From Planctomycetota bacterium (GTDB lineage: Bacteria; Planctomycetota; Phycisphaerae; WQYP01): DNA of 64,000 bases. Under the pieces are notes generated by a model. The model ran no database searches. It saw only the letters and a list, made by a program, of their open reading frames with translations, and was not told where the DNA came from. The stretch lies in NCBI GenBank assembly GCA_021790385.1, contig JAJYDW010000004.1, positions 36,193-100,192 on the forward strand. Reading direction: 5' to 3'. A program made the translations under genes and the position numbers. Shown here piece after piece: positions 46,440 through 56,369 of the stretch. Position 1 is the stretch's first letter. Each line of letters opens with the position of its first letter.

Positions 46440-46895
46440 TTACTCCTGGAGACCGAAGAGAGAAATCCGCCTGACCATGTAATGGGTGACTTTTCCGGCT
46501 TGCGCAGTCAGGCTGTGTTCGGAAACATCATCATATTGCCGGCGCAACGGATTGATTGTCTGTTCCAACAGGTGAACCGGTTCTGGCACAACGGAAGAAA
46601 TATCGATGGTCATTCCGGATGGATGGCGGACTATAGCCAGCCGGGCTGGCACCAGCACATGGATCATGAACACGGTGGCAGCAACGGCGATGGCCGCTGT
46701 GGTGGTCCACAGCAACGTCATTGGCAATACAGACCAATGCGAAGCGATTCGGGCGGATGGTATGCGCCGGCCTTGGGCCAAAGCCTCCATAATCCGGGAG
46801 TGCAGCGCCGGGGAAAAGTCGGGCAATGCGGATCTTGCGGCCAGCTTTAAGCGATTGATCCATATTTTATCTTCAGGATCTTTGTGCGTGCTCAT
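46440..46895 (-). CDS. Anti-sigma factor (single-pass membrane protein), translationally coupled to the ECF sigma gene
   Basis: 151 aa with one TM 'LPMTLLWTTTAAIAVAATVFMIHVLV'. Its start overlaps the stop of the upstream sigma gene (ATGA). Confidence 0.5.
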   Translation of the reverse strand: MSTHKDPEDKIWINRLKLAARSALPDFSPALHSRIMEALAQGRRIPSARIASHWSVLPMTLLWTTTAAIAVAATVFMIHVLVPARLAIVRHPSGMTIDISSVVPEPVHLLEQTINPLRRQYDDVSEHSLTAQAGKVTHYMVRRISLFGLQE

Positions 46896-47512
46896 GAATG
46901 AACTCCATCAATAATTTTCGTGGTCTGGGTGATGTGGGTATCGGCTGCAATGTTCACCCCATAATGAGTTCGCAATTTGCATTGGGCACGATACAGGACA
47001 AGCTTCGTGGTGGTACGTGTTTTACCAAGAATTGCGGCAATCTGGTTACGGTCCATCTCTTCAACAAACAAAAGCCAGATTGCCCGAAATTGCGTGGGAG
47101 TTAGTAGTTGTGCCGCGTAGTCCCAGAGCTTCCGCAATTCATCTTGGTGTGTGTCGCAATCGGGCGGCACGGCGATGGCTGCCTGACCAGCGAATCGGGC
47201 CAGCAGCTTAAGGCCGGAGCGCCGACGCCGGCTGTGACTAACGGCTACGCGAAATGTGATAGTGAAAAGCCATGTTCTTACCAACCGACCGGTCCGATAT
47301 CTGGCGAGATTCTCAAACGCCTTGAGAAACGTCTCCTGAACGACATCTTCGGGGTCAATGCCGACCGAAAAATTACGCCGCACAAATCGTAAGAGAATTG
47401 TCTGATATCGCTGAGCGATGTGACCAAAGGCGTTACAATCTCCTGCTTGGCTCCAGGCTACCAACACTTCGTCACTTTGCTGCAAGTACACGTCAGGATC
47501 CGGCACGGCCAA
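46892..47512 (-). CDS. ECF (group IV) sigma factor
   Basis: Region 2 'DPEDVVQETFLKAFENLARYR'. Region 4 'LTPTQFRAIWLLFVEEMDRNQIAAILGKTRTTTKLVLYRAQCKLR'. Confidence 0.75.
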   Translation of the reverse strand: MAVPDPDVYLQQSDEVLVAWSQAGDCNAFGHIAQRYQTILLRFVRRNFSVGIDPEDVVQETFLKAFENLARYRTGRLVRTWLFTITFRVAVSHSRRRRSGLKLLARFAGQAAIAVPPDCDTHQDELRKLWDYAAQLLTPTQFRAIWLLFVEEMDRNQIAAILGKTRTTTKLVLYRAQCKLRTHYGVNIAADTHITQTTKIIDGVHS

Positions 47513-47533
47513 TCTCCAATCAATGCGGGGAAA

Positions 47534-48529
47534 CTAAGGTCTGGTGCCGGCGTTCTGCCGTAAAACAGCCAGCAAGGATTTGAGCGACAAGGCCCAATGC
47601 AGGCGTACCGTCGTCCCGGCGGCGCGAATATTCAGGTCTTTAACCATCGCCGCGATGATGCGCTGGCGAGGGGTGGCATTGGCGGAAGTTCCAGATAGTT
47701 CCATCATGGATTGTATTCCTCTGGCTCCGCGAGCCATCAGCACGGCGGCAGTCGCTGTTTGGGTATGGATGCGGCCGATCCATTCGAGGGTACCATTTTT
47801 CTTACGCGCTGCGAGCCACAAGTACCGAACATGCGACATCCACACCTGGCCCCGATGAGGACCCTGCAATTTGGCCAACTGTGCCAGGGCCGTATCGGCT
47901 ACATAAAAAATTGACCCGTTGGCGACTCCGGCCAGCAGCGGGCTGTTTGCCTTCATAGCCGGCGCTTGACCGTTGATCACTTTGAGTTCATCAACCAGGG
48001 ACTTTTCCGACCGTGCAACAAGAAATGTACCTTGTATGGGCGAGGCTTCAAATATGGTGTGACCGTGTTTACCGGGGATAATATGGACAGAAGTTTTGCT
48101 GACGGTGATAGTCGTGTTGGAGGAGTTAAGGCTTAGAATTCCGTTGATGTGTTCTTGGCTGGCGATTGCATGAATAACCACGACGCCCCGGCCCTGGCCG
48201 GGGCGGGCATTAGTTCCGGTTATTAATACGTCATGAAAATCATCCGGGAAGCGATTGCCGATGATTACTTCCGCCCGGTGAATGGCCATCTTGACACCTG
48301 GATGGCTGTTTAGATATCGGATCAAAAGTTCTCCGGCGTCGGGCAGGGCCATCGTGTTATCGACGTTCCAATAAATGACCCACTTGGCACTGGTGGCAAT
48401 CTGTGCAGGGTTGAGAACACGGATAGATGGAATTGCGGCAGCGCCAAAAACGGCAGCCGGGCGACCTGTGTATAGCATTGCACCGGCAACGGCAACTATC
48501 AGACTTAAAGTTGCTGGTTTCCAAAGCAT
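47534..48529 (-). CDS. Secreted protein of unknown function. It is the first gene of the ECF sigma operon.
   Basis: N-terminal signal peptide 'LSLIVAVAGAMLYTGRPAAVFGAAA'. RBS AGGAG 9 nt before ATG. It lies 21 nt upstream of, and co-directional with, the ECF sigma gene. Confidence 0.5.
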   Translation of the reverse strand: MLWKPATLSLIVAVAGAMLYTGRPAAVFGAAAIPSIRVLNPAQIATSAKWVIYWNVDNTMALPDAGELLIRYLNSHPGVKMAIHRAEVIIGNRFPDDFHDVLITGTNARPGQGRGVVVIHAIASQEHINGILSLNSSNTTITVSKTSVHIIPGKHGHTIFEASPIQGTFLVARSEKSLVDELKVINGQAPAMKANSPLLAGVANGSIFYVADTALAQLAKLQGPHRGQVWMSHVRYLWLAARKKNGTLEWIGRIHTQTATAAVLMARGARGIQSMMELSGTSANATPRQRIIAAMVKDLNIRAAGTTVRLHWALSLKSLLAVLRQNAGTRP

Positions 48530-48567
48530 AAGACATTTCTCCTGAAAAATAACCGACGTTCGCTATA

Positions 48568-48595
48568 TATACGCGCGCCGCGTAATGCCGGTTAC
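48568..48595 (-). promoter_or_regulatory. ECF-type promoter (minus strand 'tGTAACC-N16-CGTATA') upstream of the secreted-protein/ECF-sigma/anti-sigma operon
   Basis: Read directly. It resembles B. subtilis sigW/sigX-type ECF promoters (TGAAAC/TGTAAC-N16-17-CGTA). It lies about 40 nt upstream of ATG 48529. Confidence 0.4.
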
Positions 48596-48707
48596 AGATA
48601 TTGCCAACCTATGACCAACTGGCGTAGCGGCAAATGGTGATGTAAGCAAATCAGAACAGCCGTCATGACGCCCGGGGCAGACGAATAAAAGGACTGCACG
48701 GCAGTTT

Positions 48708-49663
48708 TCAAGAAAGGCCGGTGGATGGTTCGTCAGGCGGCTGAATGGCTTTGGGTGCCGAAGGTGCGTGTTTGGCGGTCTGGTTTCTCTCTCGACGCGG
48801 CCGGTACCGACGCTGCACAGGCCTGGCCGTATCACTCTTGGTGGAGGCTGTCGCCGGGGTTACGGCTGGCAGCGATGGAGCCGTGTCAATGGCCCCGAGT
48901 GTTTCCATGGCAGTTAATTCATCGCGCAGATTCGCCGCTCGTTCATATTGTTCTGCGACTACCGCCCGGCGCAGTTCACGGCGCAGTTTAGTCAACGGAT
49001 CCATCGGAATGCCGTGACGAAGTTCGCGGATCATGGTCATGAGAACCTGTGCTTCATAGGATCTTCGCCCCAGCGGTTTTGGATACAGTTCCAGTACACG
49101 CCGCAGGGTGGTCTTCAGATAGGCCAGAGCAGTTTTAGGAAACCCATCTTTTATTGCCCGGCACGCGCGGGACCGGCCCTGCATCATGAGAATGTAGGGC
49201 CGGTACTGTTCCATGATATTACGGTCGTGGGCTTCGTTGGCAAAATGATGGCAAAGATCCAATACATCCAGACTATGCTGGGTGTCGCGAATGACTGCAT
49301 CATACTGCTCTAACACAAACAGGCTCAGATAGCGATGATAGAACATGGCGGATTCGGCGCGTAAGGCGGCACACGCAGATGCCGACAAGGAAAAACCGGC
49401 AAATTCTCCAAACATTTTGCGGTGTTTCTCCAGCCGGCGTAACTGGTGGTCGAGTTCAGAGGTATTGTTGTGTGGCCGTTTGCCATCTGGCCTTCCGTTG
49501 AGTTCCATCTGCAGCAGACCCAAATCAAGCCGCAGTTGAATTTTCGGCTTGCCATCCTTACCGCGGATGATACGTACATTAACTTGCCCAGGTTCAAAGT
49601 TCCAACCCGCCAGAGCGGCGGTAATGTCCTTGCCCGCTAAGTTCTTAGATGATCGTCTCATGC
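48708..49663 (-). CDS. Hypothetical protein with C-terminal UvrB/UvrC-type (UVR) motif
   Basis: 'VVAEQYERAANLRDELTAMETLG' is a UVR domain. The start was chosen at 'MRRSSKN', which has a GAGG RBS. The rest is unrecognised. Confidence 0.45.
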
Positions 49664-49710
49664 CCCAGATACCTCTCGAAGTCGCGAGGTGAGTATGCAC
49701 CTCTGCGAGT

Positions 49711-49739
49711 ATTATACCCGGTTTGCGGGAACCGCAAGC
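49711..49739 (-). promoter_or_regulatory. Sigma-70-like promoter for the UVR-domain gene (minus strand CTTGCG-N17-TATAAT), followed by a 5'UTR hairpin (GAGGTG-N6-CACCTC at 49686-49703)
   Basis: Hexamers and hairpin read directly from the sequence. Confidence 0.35.
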
Positions 49740-49798
49740 CTTTTGGAGCAAAAACTTTAATTTTTATTTTACCGGTCCTTCTCCGACATAAACGGTAA

Positions 49799-49807
49799 TG
49801 GGGGGGG
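49799..49807. repeat. Homopolymeric G9 (C9 on the minus strand) tract in the promoter-distal region of the UVR-domain gene
   Basis: Direct count: g at 49799-49807. Confidence 0.9.
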
Positions 49808-49962
49808 GCGGCCAGTTTGGCAGGCCGACATTGCCGCCAGGCCGTGGACGCTGTGCTCATACTAACTAAAATCCATCAAGTCCGCTTCGCCGCCAAATCT
49901 AACCGTACCCGGCTGGTGGCCATAACAGGGGGTTGGAACCATGGGCTTAAAAAGCGGGCAGA

Positions 49963-49991
49963 TTTGACAAGAGGCCCTTAACCATTTATCA
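49963..49991 (+). promoter_or_regulatory. Candidate sigma-70 promoter TTGACA-N17-TATCAA facing topA
   Basis: Hexamers read directly. It is about 250 nt upstream of the topA start, so the assignment is tentative. Confidence 0.3.
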
Positions 49992-50140
49992 AAGGTCCGC
50001 CGTATGGCTTGCGGCGCTGAGTGCCGCGACGGCGGCCAATAGTTTTTGGGACGTCAAATGTAATGTCGGCAGATGGACCGGACCGACGATTTGTGCAAAT
50101 ATGTCGGCCACGGGGCCTATAATGCCGAACATATATGGTT

Positions 50141-50150
50141 GGGGGGGGGG
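50141..50150. repeat. Homopolymeric G10 tract in the topA leader (or in an N-terminal extension if ATG 50101 is used)
   Basis: Direct count: g at 50141-50150. A TATAAT hexamer lies at 50118-50123 just upstream. Confidence 0.9.
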
Positions 50151-50241
50151 CAGGTGGTTAGCAGGCGAACAACCGGTGGAATTAATAAATCGGGTCCCTT
50201 CGACCCTGCCCCAGCGAAACCTTATAAAGGATGCGAATAAC

Positions 50242-52935
50242 GTGGCGAAAAAAAACACCGAAACCAACAATGGTCCTGCTCTGGTAATTGTGGAATCACC
50301 GGCCAAAGCCAAGACCATTAACAAATATCTGGGTGAGCGGTTCCGGGTAAAAGCGTCCATGGGCCATGTGCGCGATTTGCCTTCCAAGGGAATCGGCGTG
50401 GATATTGAAAATAACTTTGAACCCACCTATGAAATTCTGCCCACCCGGTTGAAAATTATCAGTGAACTTAAGGCCGCGGCCAAAGGTTGCGGTGAGGTTT
50501 ATCTGGCTACCGACATGGATCGGGAAGGCGAAGCCATAGCTTGGCACCTGGGGCACGCCTTGGGCTTGAATCAGAAAAATGCCAAGCGGGTGGTGTTCAA
50601 TGAGATCACGAAAAATGCCATTCTTAAGGCCTTTGATAATCCACATCAGATAGATCAGGACAAGGTCGATGCACAGCAGGCCCGTCGCATTTTGGACAGG
50701 CTGGTGGGTTACAAGATTTCGCCGCTCTTGTGGAAAAAGGTGGCCCGCGGTCTTTCCGCCGGACGGGTGCAAAGCGTGGCGGTGAAAATAATTGTGGAGC
50801 GCGAACGCGAAATTTCCGCGTTCATACCGGAGGAATATTGGAAACTCGTTGGTGTGTTTACCACGGATATGCTGCAAGCTGCGGATTTGGCGGTGCAATG
50901 GGAACAATTCCTGTCCGGACCGGAGGAAGATTCAGACGGCCCGGTGGATGATACTGACTCCGCAGCCGCCGTCTCTGCTCCGACCAACGCCGACAAAACT
51001 CAGTGGCTGATGGAAAACAAAGCCTTCCGCGCACAGCTTATAGAACTCGACGGCAAGAAATTTGAGCCTAAAGATCAGGCCCAGGCCCGTCGTGCGGCGG
51101 AGATCGTAGGACTCAAGGATGTTATGGCACAAACGGTGGAAAATGACGGCAGCAACGGACCGCGGGGCATTCCCGCAAAAGGTCCCGCCAAGCTCATCAG
51201 TACCGTTTCAGGGCGGGTGCAACCAGGTGATCCAAGCACGCCGGAGTTTCGTATCCGCAGTCTTCTCACCAAACCATCCACTTCCAGGCCGCCGGGGCCT
51301 TTCAGCACCAGCACGCTTCAGCAGGCAGCCAGTAACCAGCTTGGCTTTGGAGCTCAGCGCACCATGCGTACGGCCCAACAGCTTTATGAGGGGGTAGAAT
51401 TGCCAGGGGTGGGGGCAGTGGGCTTAATTACCTATATGCGCACCGATTCGCAAAATATCAGCACGGATGCCTTGAATATGGTACGTGGCTACATTAGCAA
51501 ACACTTTGGTCAAGAGTATCTGCCGGAATCGCCGAACTTTTATGCCGCCCGCCAGGGTGCACAGGAAGCTCACGAGGCCATTCGTCCTACGGAGGTTCAT
51601 CTGGTGCCGTCGGAAATTCGCTCCAACCTCTCGGATGAGCAATTCCGGCTTTATGAATTGATATGGAAGCGTTTTCTAGCTTGCCAGATGGCACCCGCGC
51701 AATGGTTGATTACAGAGGCCATTATTGAGGCCCGGCAGCGCCGCAGCAGCGGAAGTTCTGCGTTTGATCCCGCCAGGCCGCCGCTTTTCAAGGCCACTGG
51801 GCGGGCCATGAAATTTGACGGCTTCATGCGTGTGGCGGGAGCGTGGACCCGCTTTGATGATCAACTTCTGCCACCGCTGAAGGAAGGCCAGCCCGTGGCT
51901 CCGTTGGACCTTCGGCCATCACAGCATTTTACCGCACCTCCACCGCGTTTTACGGAAGCCAGTCTGGTAAAAGCCTTGGAAATGCAGGGTATTGGCCGCC
52001 CCAGTACGTACGCTTCCATCATCTCCACCATTCAGGACCGGCACTATGTGGAACTGCGGGATCGGCGTTTTTTTGCCTCTGATCTGGGCATGAAAGTGAC
52101 GGAAAAACTCATCGAAGGTTTTCCAGACTTGATGGACCTGGGTTTCACGCGGAAAATTGAAGGGTCTCTGGATCAAATAGAAGAAGCCCATCGCGACTGG
52201 GTGGAAGTGGTACGTTCTTTCTATGAACCCCTGGCCCGTGATCTGGCCACCGCGGAAGAACGCATGACCCATGCCCGGGCCGAGGCTACACCGTCGGAAT
52301 ACAAATGCCCCAAGTGCGGGGCGATGATGGCGTACCGGCTGTCAAAAAAGGGGAAGACGTTTTTATCCTGTTCACGTTATCCGGATTGCGATGCCGCTCT
52401 TTCCGTTGATCGTGAAGGCAAGCCGGTGGTGCAGGAGTTGACCGATTATAAGTGCCCTGCGTGCGGCAAGCCGATGATCAAGCGTGTGGGAAGATTCGGA
52501 CCGTTTTATGGTTGTTCAGGCTATCCGGAATGTAAAACTATTCAGGCGGCGGATCGCAAAACCGGCGAGCCGTTGCCACCCAAGCCACCGCCTAAACCGA
52601 CCGGCTTGACATGCCCCAAATGCGGCAAAAAAGAGCTGGTTGTACGCAGCGGCAAACGCGGCGAATTTTTGAGTTGCCTGGGCTATCCGCGTTGCCGGAT
52701 GACCTTGCCGGCAGATAAGCTGCCGGAATTTCTGGATCTCAAAACAAAAAATCAATGGCCGCCGCCGGATATCCTGGCCAAGGCCAAGGCTGGCAAAAAG
52801 GCTGCAGATGCAGACTCGGTATCGGCCGGGAATGAGCCAACCGCCGCTGCGACTGGTAAATCAGCTAAGACCCTCTCTAAAGGTGCCGCTGGGGCCAGGG
52901 CGAAGCCCAAAGCCAGGCCGGTGAAACCTCTATGA
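50242..52935 (+). CDS. topA: DNA topoisomerase I with three C-terminal C4 zinc ribbons and a Lys-rich tail
   Basis: TOPRIM N-terminus 'ALVIVESPAKAKTINKYLG'. 'GYITYMRTDS' active-site tyrosine region. Zinc ribbons 'CPKCGAMM..C..C', 'CPACGKPM', 'CPKCGKKE'. The GTG start with AAAGGA RBS was preferred, but ATG 50101 is also possible. Confidence 0.85.
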   Translation: MAKKNTETNNGPALVIVESPAKAKTINKYLGERFRVKASMGHVRDLPSKGIGVDIENNFEPTYEILPTRLKIISELKAAAKGCGEVYLATDMDREGEAIAWHLGHALGLNQKNAKRVVFNEITKNAILKAFDNPHQIDQDKVDAQQARRILDRLVGYKISPLLWKKVARGLSAGRVQSVAVKIIVEREREISAFIPEEYWKLVGVFTTDMLQAADLAVQWEQFLSGPEEDSDGPVDDTDSAAAVSAPTNADKTQWLMENKAFRAQLIELDGKKFEPKDQAQARRAAEIVGLKDVMAQTVENDGSNGPRGIPAKGPAKLISTVSGRVQPGDPSTPEFRIRSLLTKPSTSRPPGPFSTSTLQQAASNQLGFGAQRTMRTAQQLYEGVELPGVGAVGLITYMRTDSQNISTDALNMVRGYISKHFGQEYLPESPNFYAARQGAQEAHEAIRPTEVHLVPSEIRSNLSDEQFRLYELIWKRFLACQMAPAQWLITEAIIEARQRRSSGSSAFDPARPPLFKATGRAMKFDGFMRVAGAWTRFDDQLLPPLKEGQPVAPLDLRPSQHFTAPPPRFTEASLVKALEMQGIGRPSTYASIISTIQDRHYVELRDRRFFASDLGMKVTEKLIEGFPDLMDLGFTRKIEGSLDQIEEAHRDWVEVVRSFYEPLARDLATAEERMTHARAEATPSEYKCPKCGAMMAYRLSKKGKTFLSCSRYPDCDAALSVDREGKPVVQELTDYKCPACGKPMIKRVGRFGPFYGCSGYPECKTIQAADRKTGEPLPPKPPPKPTGLTCPKCGKKELVVRSGKRGEFLSCLGYPRCRMTLPADKLPEFLDLKTKNQWPPPDILAKAKAGKKAADADSVSAGNEPTAAATGKSAKTLSKGAAGARAKPKARPVKPL

Positions 52936-53168
52936 TGTCCAATCGCAGCGTCGCGTGCCAGATGTATGGTCAGCTTGATCCAACGGCTGGCCATGGCTTG
53001 GCGAGTCAGGTCATATGCAGGGCCTCACGATGTTCCACTGCAGCCAAAAATGCCCGCGCATCCAGCCGTAACTGCATTGCATCAGGAACTTGCAAAGTGG
53101 TACACTACGGCCAACGGCTTGTTTCCGGCGGATTGAATCGGGATATGCTGTGGATGTGAGTCGCAAAG

Positions 53169-55661
53169 ATGTCGAATCGCAATCTTCGGGACACGGCTTT
53201 AGAACAGTATGCAGCCGCCTCCCGGCTTGGGGAGCTATCGCGTATCAGCGGTACCAGCGATCGTGAAATACAAAGGCCCCCGGAAAACTCCGCCATTTTC
53301 AAATTATCGCAGCAACTGGACGATTTGTGCTTGCACCTGCGCCGCTACCGTGATTGTTGGGAGTGGCATATAGCCTGCTTGACGAATCGCTTCGAAGTAC
53401 AAGACCGCTGGTCCGGAGTGGGTACACTTCCGGAGATGCTGTGTCATATAGAGCGTCTTATCTGCGATCTTCGGCTGGATGTGGCTGAAGCAGTCGTGGA
53501 GCCTCGAGGATGGTCTGATGTGTCACGCGTTCTCAAGGAGATTTGGACGGGCTTGGCGGATCTTCGTTTCAGCCGACGGTTAAATTTGGCGAGGCGTCTG
53601 CCGTTTCGTCGGCAGCGATTAAATATAGATCGGCTGCTGGAGGAAGTCATGGCTATTCAAACATCGCTTGACTCTCTTGGGCACAAGCAAGAGGGTGGCG
53701 GCGGGGGGCGCGCGTGCGAGGCCGCAGCGGAAGCGTGGCCGGGGAAGTCAGCGAATCTGCACGGCCCAACCCATGTGGATGTCATCGTACCGGTATATCG
53801 GGGCATCGCGGAAACACTGGATTGTCTGTGGAGTGTACTGCAGGCCAAGGTGGAGACGGCCTATGAACTAATCGTGGTCGATGATTGCGGGCCGGAGGCA
53901 GAACTGGCGGCCAAACTGGCCGAATTGGCCAGGTGCATGCGGGTCACGCTTCTGCGGAACTCCCGTAACCTGGGTTTTGTGCAATCTGTAAATCGCGGAA
54001 TGGCGGAACATGTCCAACGCGATGTTGTGCTGTTGAATTCCGATACACTGGTACACGATGGCTGGCTGGACCGCCTGGCTGAGGCGGCGCAGGGGAAGCG
54101 CGTGGGCACAGTCACGCCGTTGTCCAATACTGCCGGAATTTTCAGCTATCCGCGAGTGAATTTGCATAATCCTCTGCCCGCCGATGCTGATTCAAATGTG
54201 CTTAATGATCTGGCTGCTCGCGTGAATGCCGGCGCGGTCTATAACGCGCCCACGGCGGTCGGATTCTGCATGTACATCAAGCGGGAGTGCCTGTTAGAAG
54301 TGGGAATGTTTGATACCGCCAACTTCGGTCTGGGTTACGGGGAGGAAAATGATTTTTGTATGAGAGCCACCAAAAAGGGCTGGATACATCTGGGATGTCC
54401 GTCAGCTTTTGTCTATCATGCGGCCAATGTGTCGTTCGGTCCGACCTTTCGAAGCCGGGTACGCCACGCCTATCACACGCTCAAGCGGCTGCATCCGGAA
54501 TATCCACGGTTGGTGAAGACGCACCTGCGTCTGGACCCTGGCCGCGAGTATCGGTGCCGACTGGATATCCAAAGACAGATAGTGGCCAATCAATCAAGGC
54601 CTGCGGTGCTCCATATTTTAGCGCAATCAGCAGGATCGCAACGTCGACACGTGAACATGCTGTGTGAATCGCTCTGGCAACGAGGCGTGGCTTCGTTAAT
54701 TGCAGTGCCGGATATGGCAACAGGCACTCGGATGGTGTTGATCAATCCGCGAATAGAGGAGACACCCAACGCAGTTTTTGATCTGGATCAGGGATGGGAT
54801 GCGCTGGTGGCAGCTTTGCGGGCCGGTTATGTATATCACGTGCATTACCACGACGTTTCCTGGTGGAATAAAAAAGTACGGCGACTGCCGGTTGATCTAA
54901 ACTGTTCTTATGATCTGACGCTCACGGAGGTCATTGGCACACACGGGGAGATTGAGATACGAACGGATGATGATGAGTCATTATTTTTTCGCGGGGCGCG
55001 TAGACTTATCGTGTCTACGGCGCTCCAGTCGCTGCAAGTCGGTCGAATATTCCCTCGGCAAACATGCCTCGTTCGCACCTGTGGCACGGCTCCGTCAGCG
55101 AGGCGGCTATCCGCACCAGCGCACGAGCCCGCAATTCCGCGGAGAGTGCTGATCCTGCTGGATATGCACAATGCCAATGCCATGAATCACTGGACCGCAG
55201 CACTTCGCGATGCTTTTCGCGATGCCGCCCGCCGTCGGTTGCCGCTCCAGTTTTTTATTGGAGGCAGTGCTGACTTACACCGCCTGCGGACGGGTAAAGC
55301 CTGCACGATCCTGGCCCCATGGTCGCCACGGCATTGGAATCAATACCTTGCTCTGGCCAGACCACACTTGGTATTAACGGTGCCTGCCAGTTTGGCCAGT
55401 GCTGATGAAATGCTCGGGTTTTGCGTCAAAAACGCCGTGATGCCGGTGGCGTTTGATGACAATGTTGCGGCGAATCGACTGCGGACCTTGCAATGGGGAG
55501 ATGTCCTGCCTGTATTGTGTACAGCCGTCACAATCAACGATGCACTGCTGAAGCTGACACCCATGCCACCACCGCTGCAGCGTAATATTCATGGTTCGAT
55601 GTTGTTTGAACAATATATGGGTATGAATGATTATTATGACGGTTTAGTTTTCCTGGGTTGA
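53169..55661 (+). CDS. Multidomain glycosyltransferase (830 aa). It has an unknown N-terminal domain, a central GT2 (GT-A, DxD) domain and an unknown C-terminal domain of about 400 aa.
   Basis: 'VDVIVPVYRGIAETLDCLWSVLQ....ELIVVDDCGPE...NLGFVQSVNRGM...LLNSDTLV' is the classic family-2 glycosyltransferase pattern. Confidence 0.7.
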   Translation: MSNRNLRDTALEQYAAASRLGELSRISGTSDREIQRPPENSAIFKLSQQLDDLCLHLRRYRDCWEWHIACLTNRFEVQDRWSGVGTLPEMLCHIERLICDLRLDVAEAVVEPRGWSDVSRVLKEIWTGLADLRFSRRLNLARRLPFRRQRLNIDRLLEEVMAIQTSLDSLGHKQEGGGGGRACEAAAEAWPGKSANLHGPTHVDVIVPVYRGIAETLDCLWSVLQAKVETAYELIVVDDCGPEAELAAKLAELARCMRVTLLRNSRNLGFVQSVNRGMAEHVQRDVVLLNSDTLVHDGWLDRLAEAAQGKRVGTVTPLSNTAGIFSYPRVNLHNPLPADADSNVLNDLAARVNAGAVYNAPTAVGFCMYIKRECLLEVGMFDTANFGLGYGEENDFCMRATKKGWIHLGCPSAFVYHAANVSFGPTFRSRVRHAYHTLKRLHPEYPRLVKTHLRLDPGREYRCRLDIQRQIVANQSRPAVLHILAQSAGSQRRHVNMLCESLWQRGVASLIAVPDMATGTRMVLINPRIEETPNAVFDLDQGWDALVAALRAGYVYHVHYHDVSWWNKKVRRLPVDLNCSYDLTLTEVIGTHGEIEIRTDDDESLFFRGARRLIVSTALQSLQVGRIFPRQTCLVRTCGTAPSARRLSAPAHEPAIPRRVLILLDMHNANAMNHWTAALRDAFRDAARRRLPLQFFIGGSADLHRLRTGKACTILAPWSPRHWNQYLALARPHLVLTVPASLASADEMLGFCVKNAVMPVAFDDNVAANRLRTLQWGDVLPVLCTAVTINDALLKLTPMPPPLQRNIHGSMLFEQYMGMNDYYDGLVFLG

Positions 55662-55664
55662 GCT

Positions 55665-56369
55665 ATGGGCATGGGGTTTATCCAGCGGGGCCGGTCCTGC
55701 TTGAACGCCAATGTCCAAATGAGCTGCTGGAATATTTTTGGGGTAATCTCCATGGATCGACGAAACTGGATGAACCTTCCGCTGGTGGATGAGATTGACA
55801 ATTCCATGTCCTGCATGATTGCTCCGCAGCCGTGCGCCAGGCGCATGGCCATGGTTCCGCAGGTATTAGAGACGATCTGCAAGCAGTATCACACAGCCAG
55901 TTCGAATGCCTTGGCCTGCATAGAGGCTGGCTTATGGCTTCTGGCTGACGATTTGGATACCAGCCATAAAATTTGTCAGAATATAGCTACCCCGCTGGGG
56001 AGTGCCTGGCATGCTATTATGCACCGCCGTGAGGGTGATTTTTCTAATTCCCTTTATTGGTGGCGGCGTGCAGGTGTTATGCGTTGGCTAAATCCGCGTG
56101 ATGGAACTGATATTGCAGAATGCATCGACCAGATAACCGGAGCGGGCAACCTATGGCGGCAGGTTTCACTGAAATTGGCGAGTCCCTACGATCCGGCGAT
56201 CTATACTCGTATTGTGGAGGCATGTATGCCTGCAAAATCGACTGAATGTGCGGATGTGCTGGTGCGCATCGGGCGATTGGAATGGTTGGCGTTATTTGCA
56301 AAGAGCATGACAGCCGTTGGTGCAGTCGGCACGGAAGATCGCTCTTGCCGGACTCCAGTTGGTTCATAA
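55665..56369 (+). CDS. Hypothetical protein (234 aa). The true start is uncertain.
   Basis: ORF only. It begins 4 nt after the GT2 stop. No motif recognised. Confidence 0.35.
   Translation: MGMGFIQRGRSCLNANVQMSCWNIFGVISMDRRNWMNLPLVDEIDNSMSCMIAPQPCARRMAMVPQVLETICKQYHTASSNALACIEAGLWLLADDLDTSHKICQNIATPLGSAWHAIMHRREGDFSNSLYWWRRAGVMRWLNPRDGTDIAECIDQITGAGNLWRQVSLKLASPYDPAIYTRIVEACMPAKSTECADVLVRIGRLEWLALFAKSMTAVGAVGTEDRSCRTPVGS

Noticed and set aside
49989-50426. ORF 49989..50426 (minus, 145 aa) and the ATG 50101 start of topA
   Set aside because: The minus ORF overlaps the topA leader and start and has no motifs. For topA the GTG at 50242, with an AAAGGA RBS, gives the conventional N-terminus directly before the TOPRIM motif. 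The ATG 50101 alternative was retained only as a possibility.
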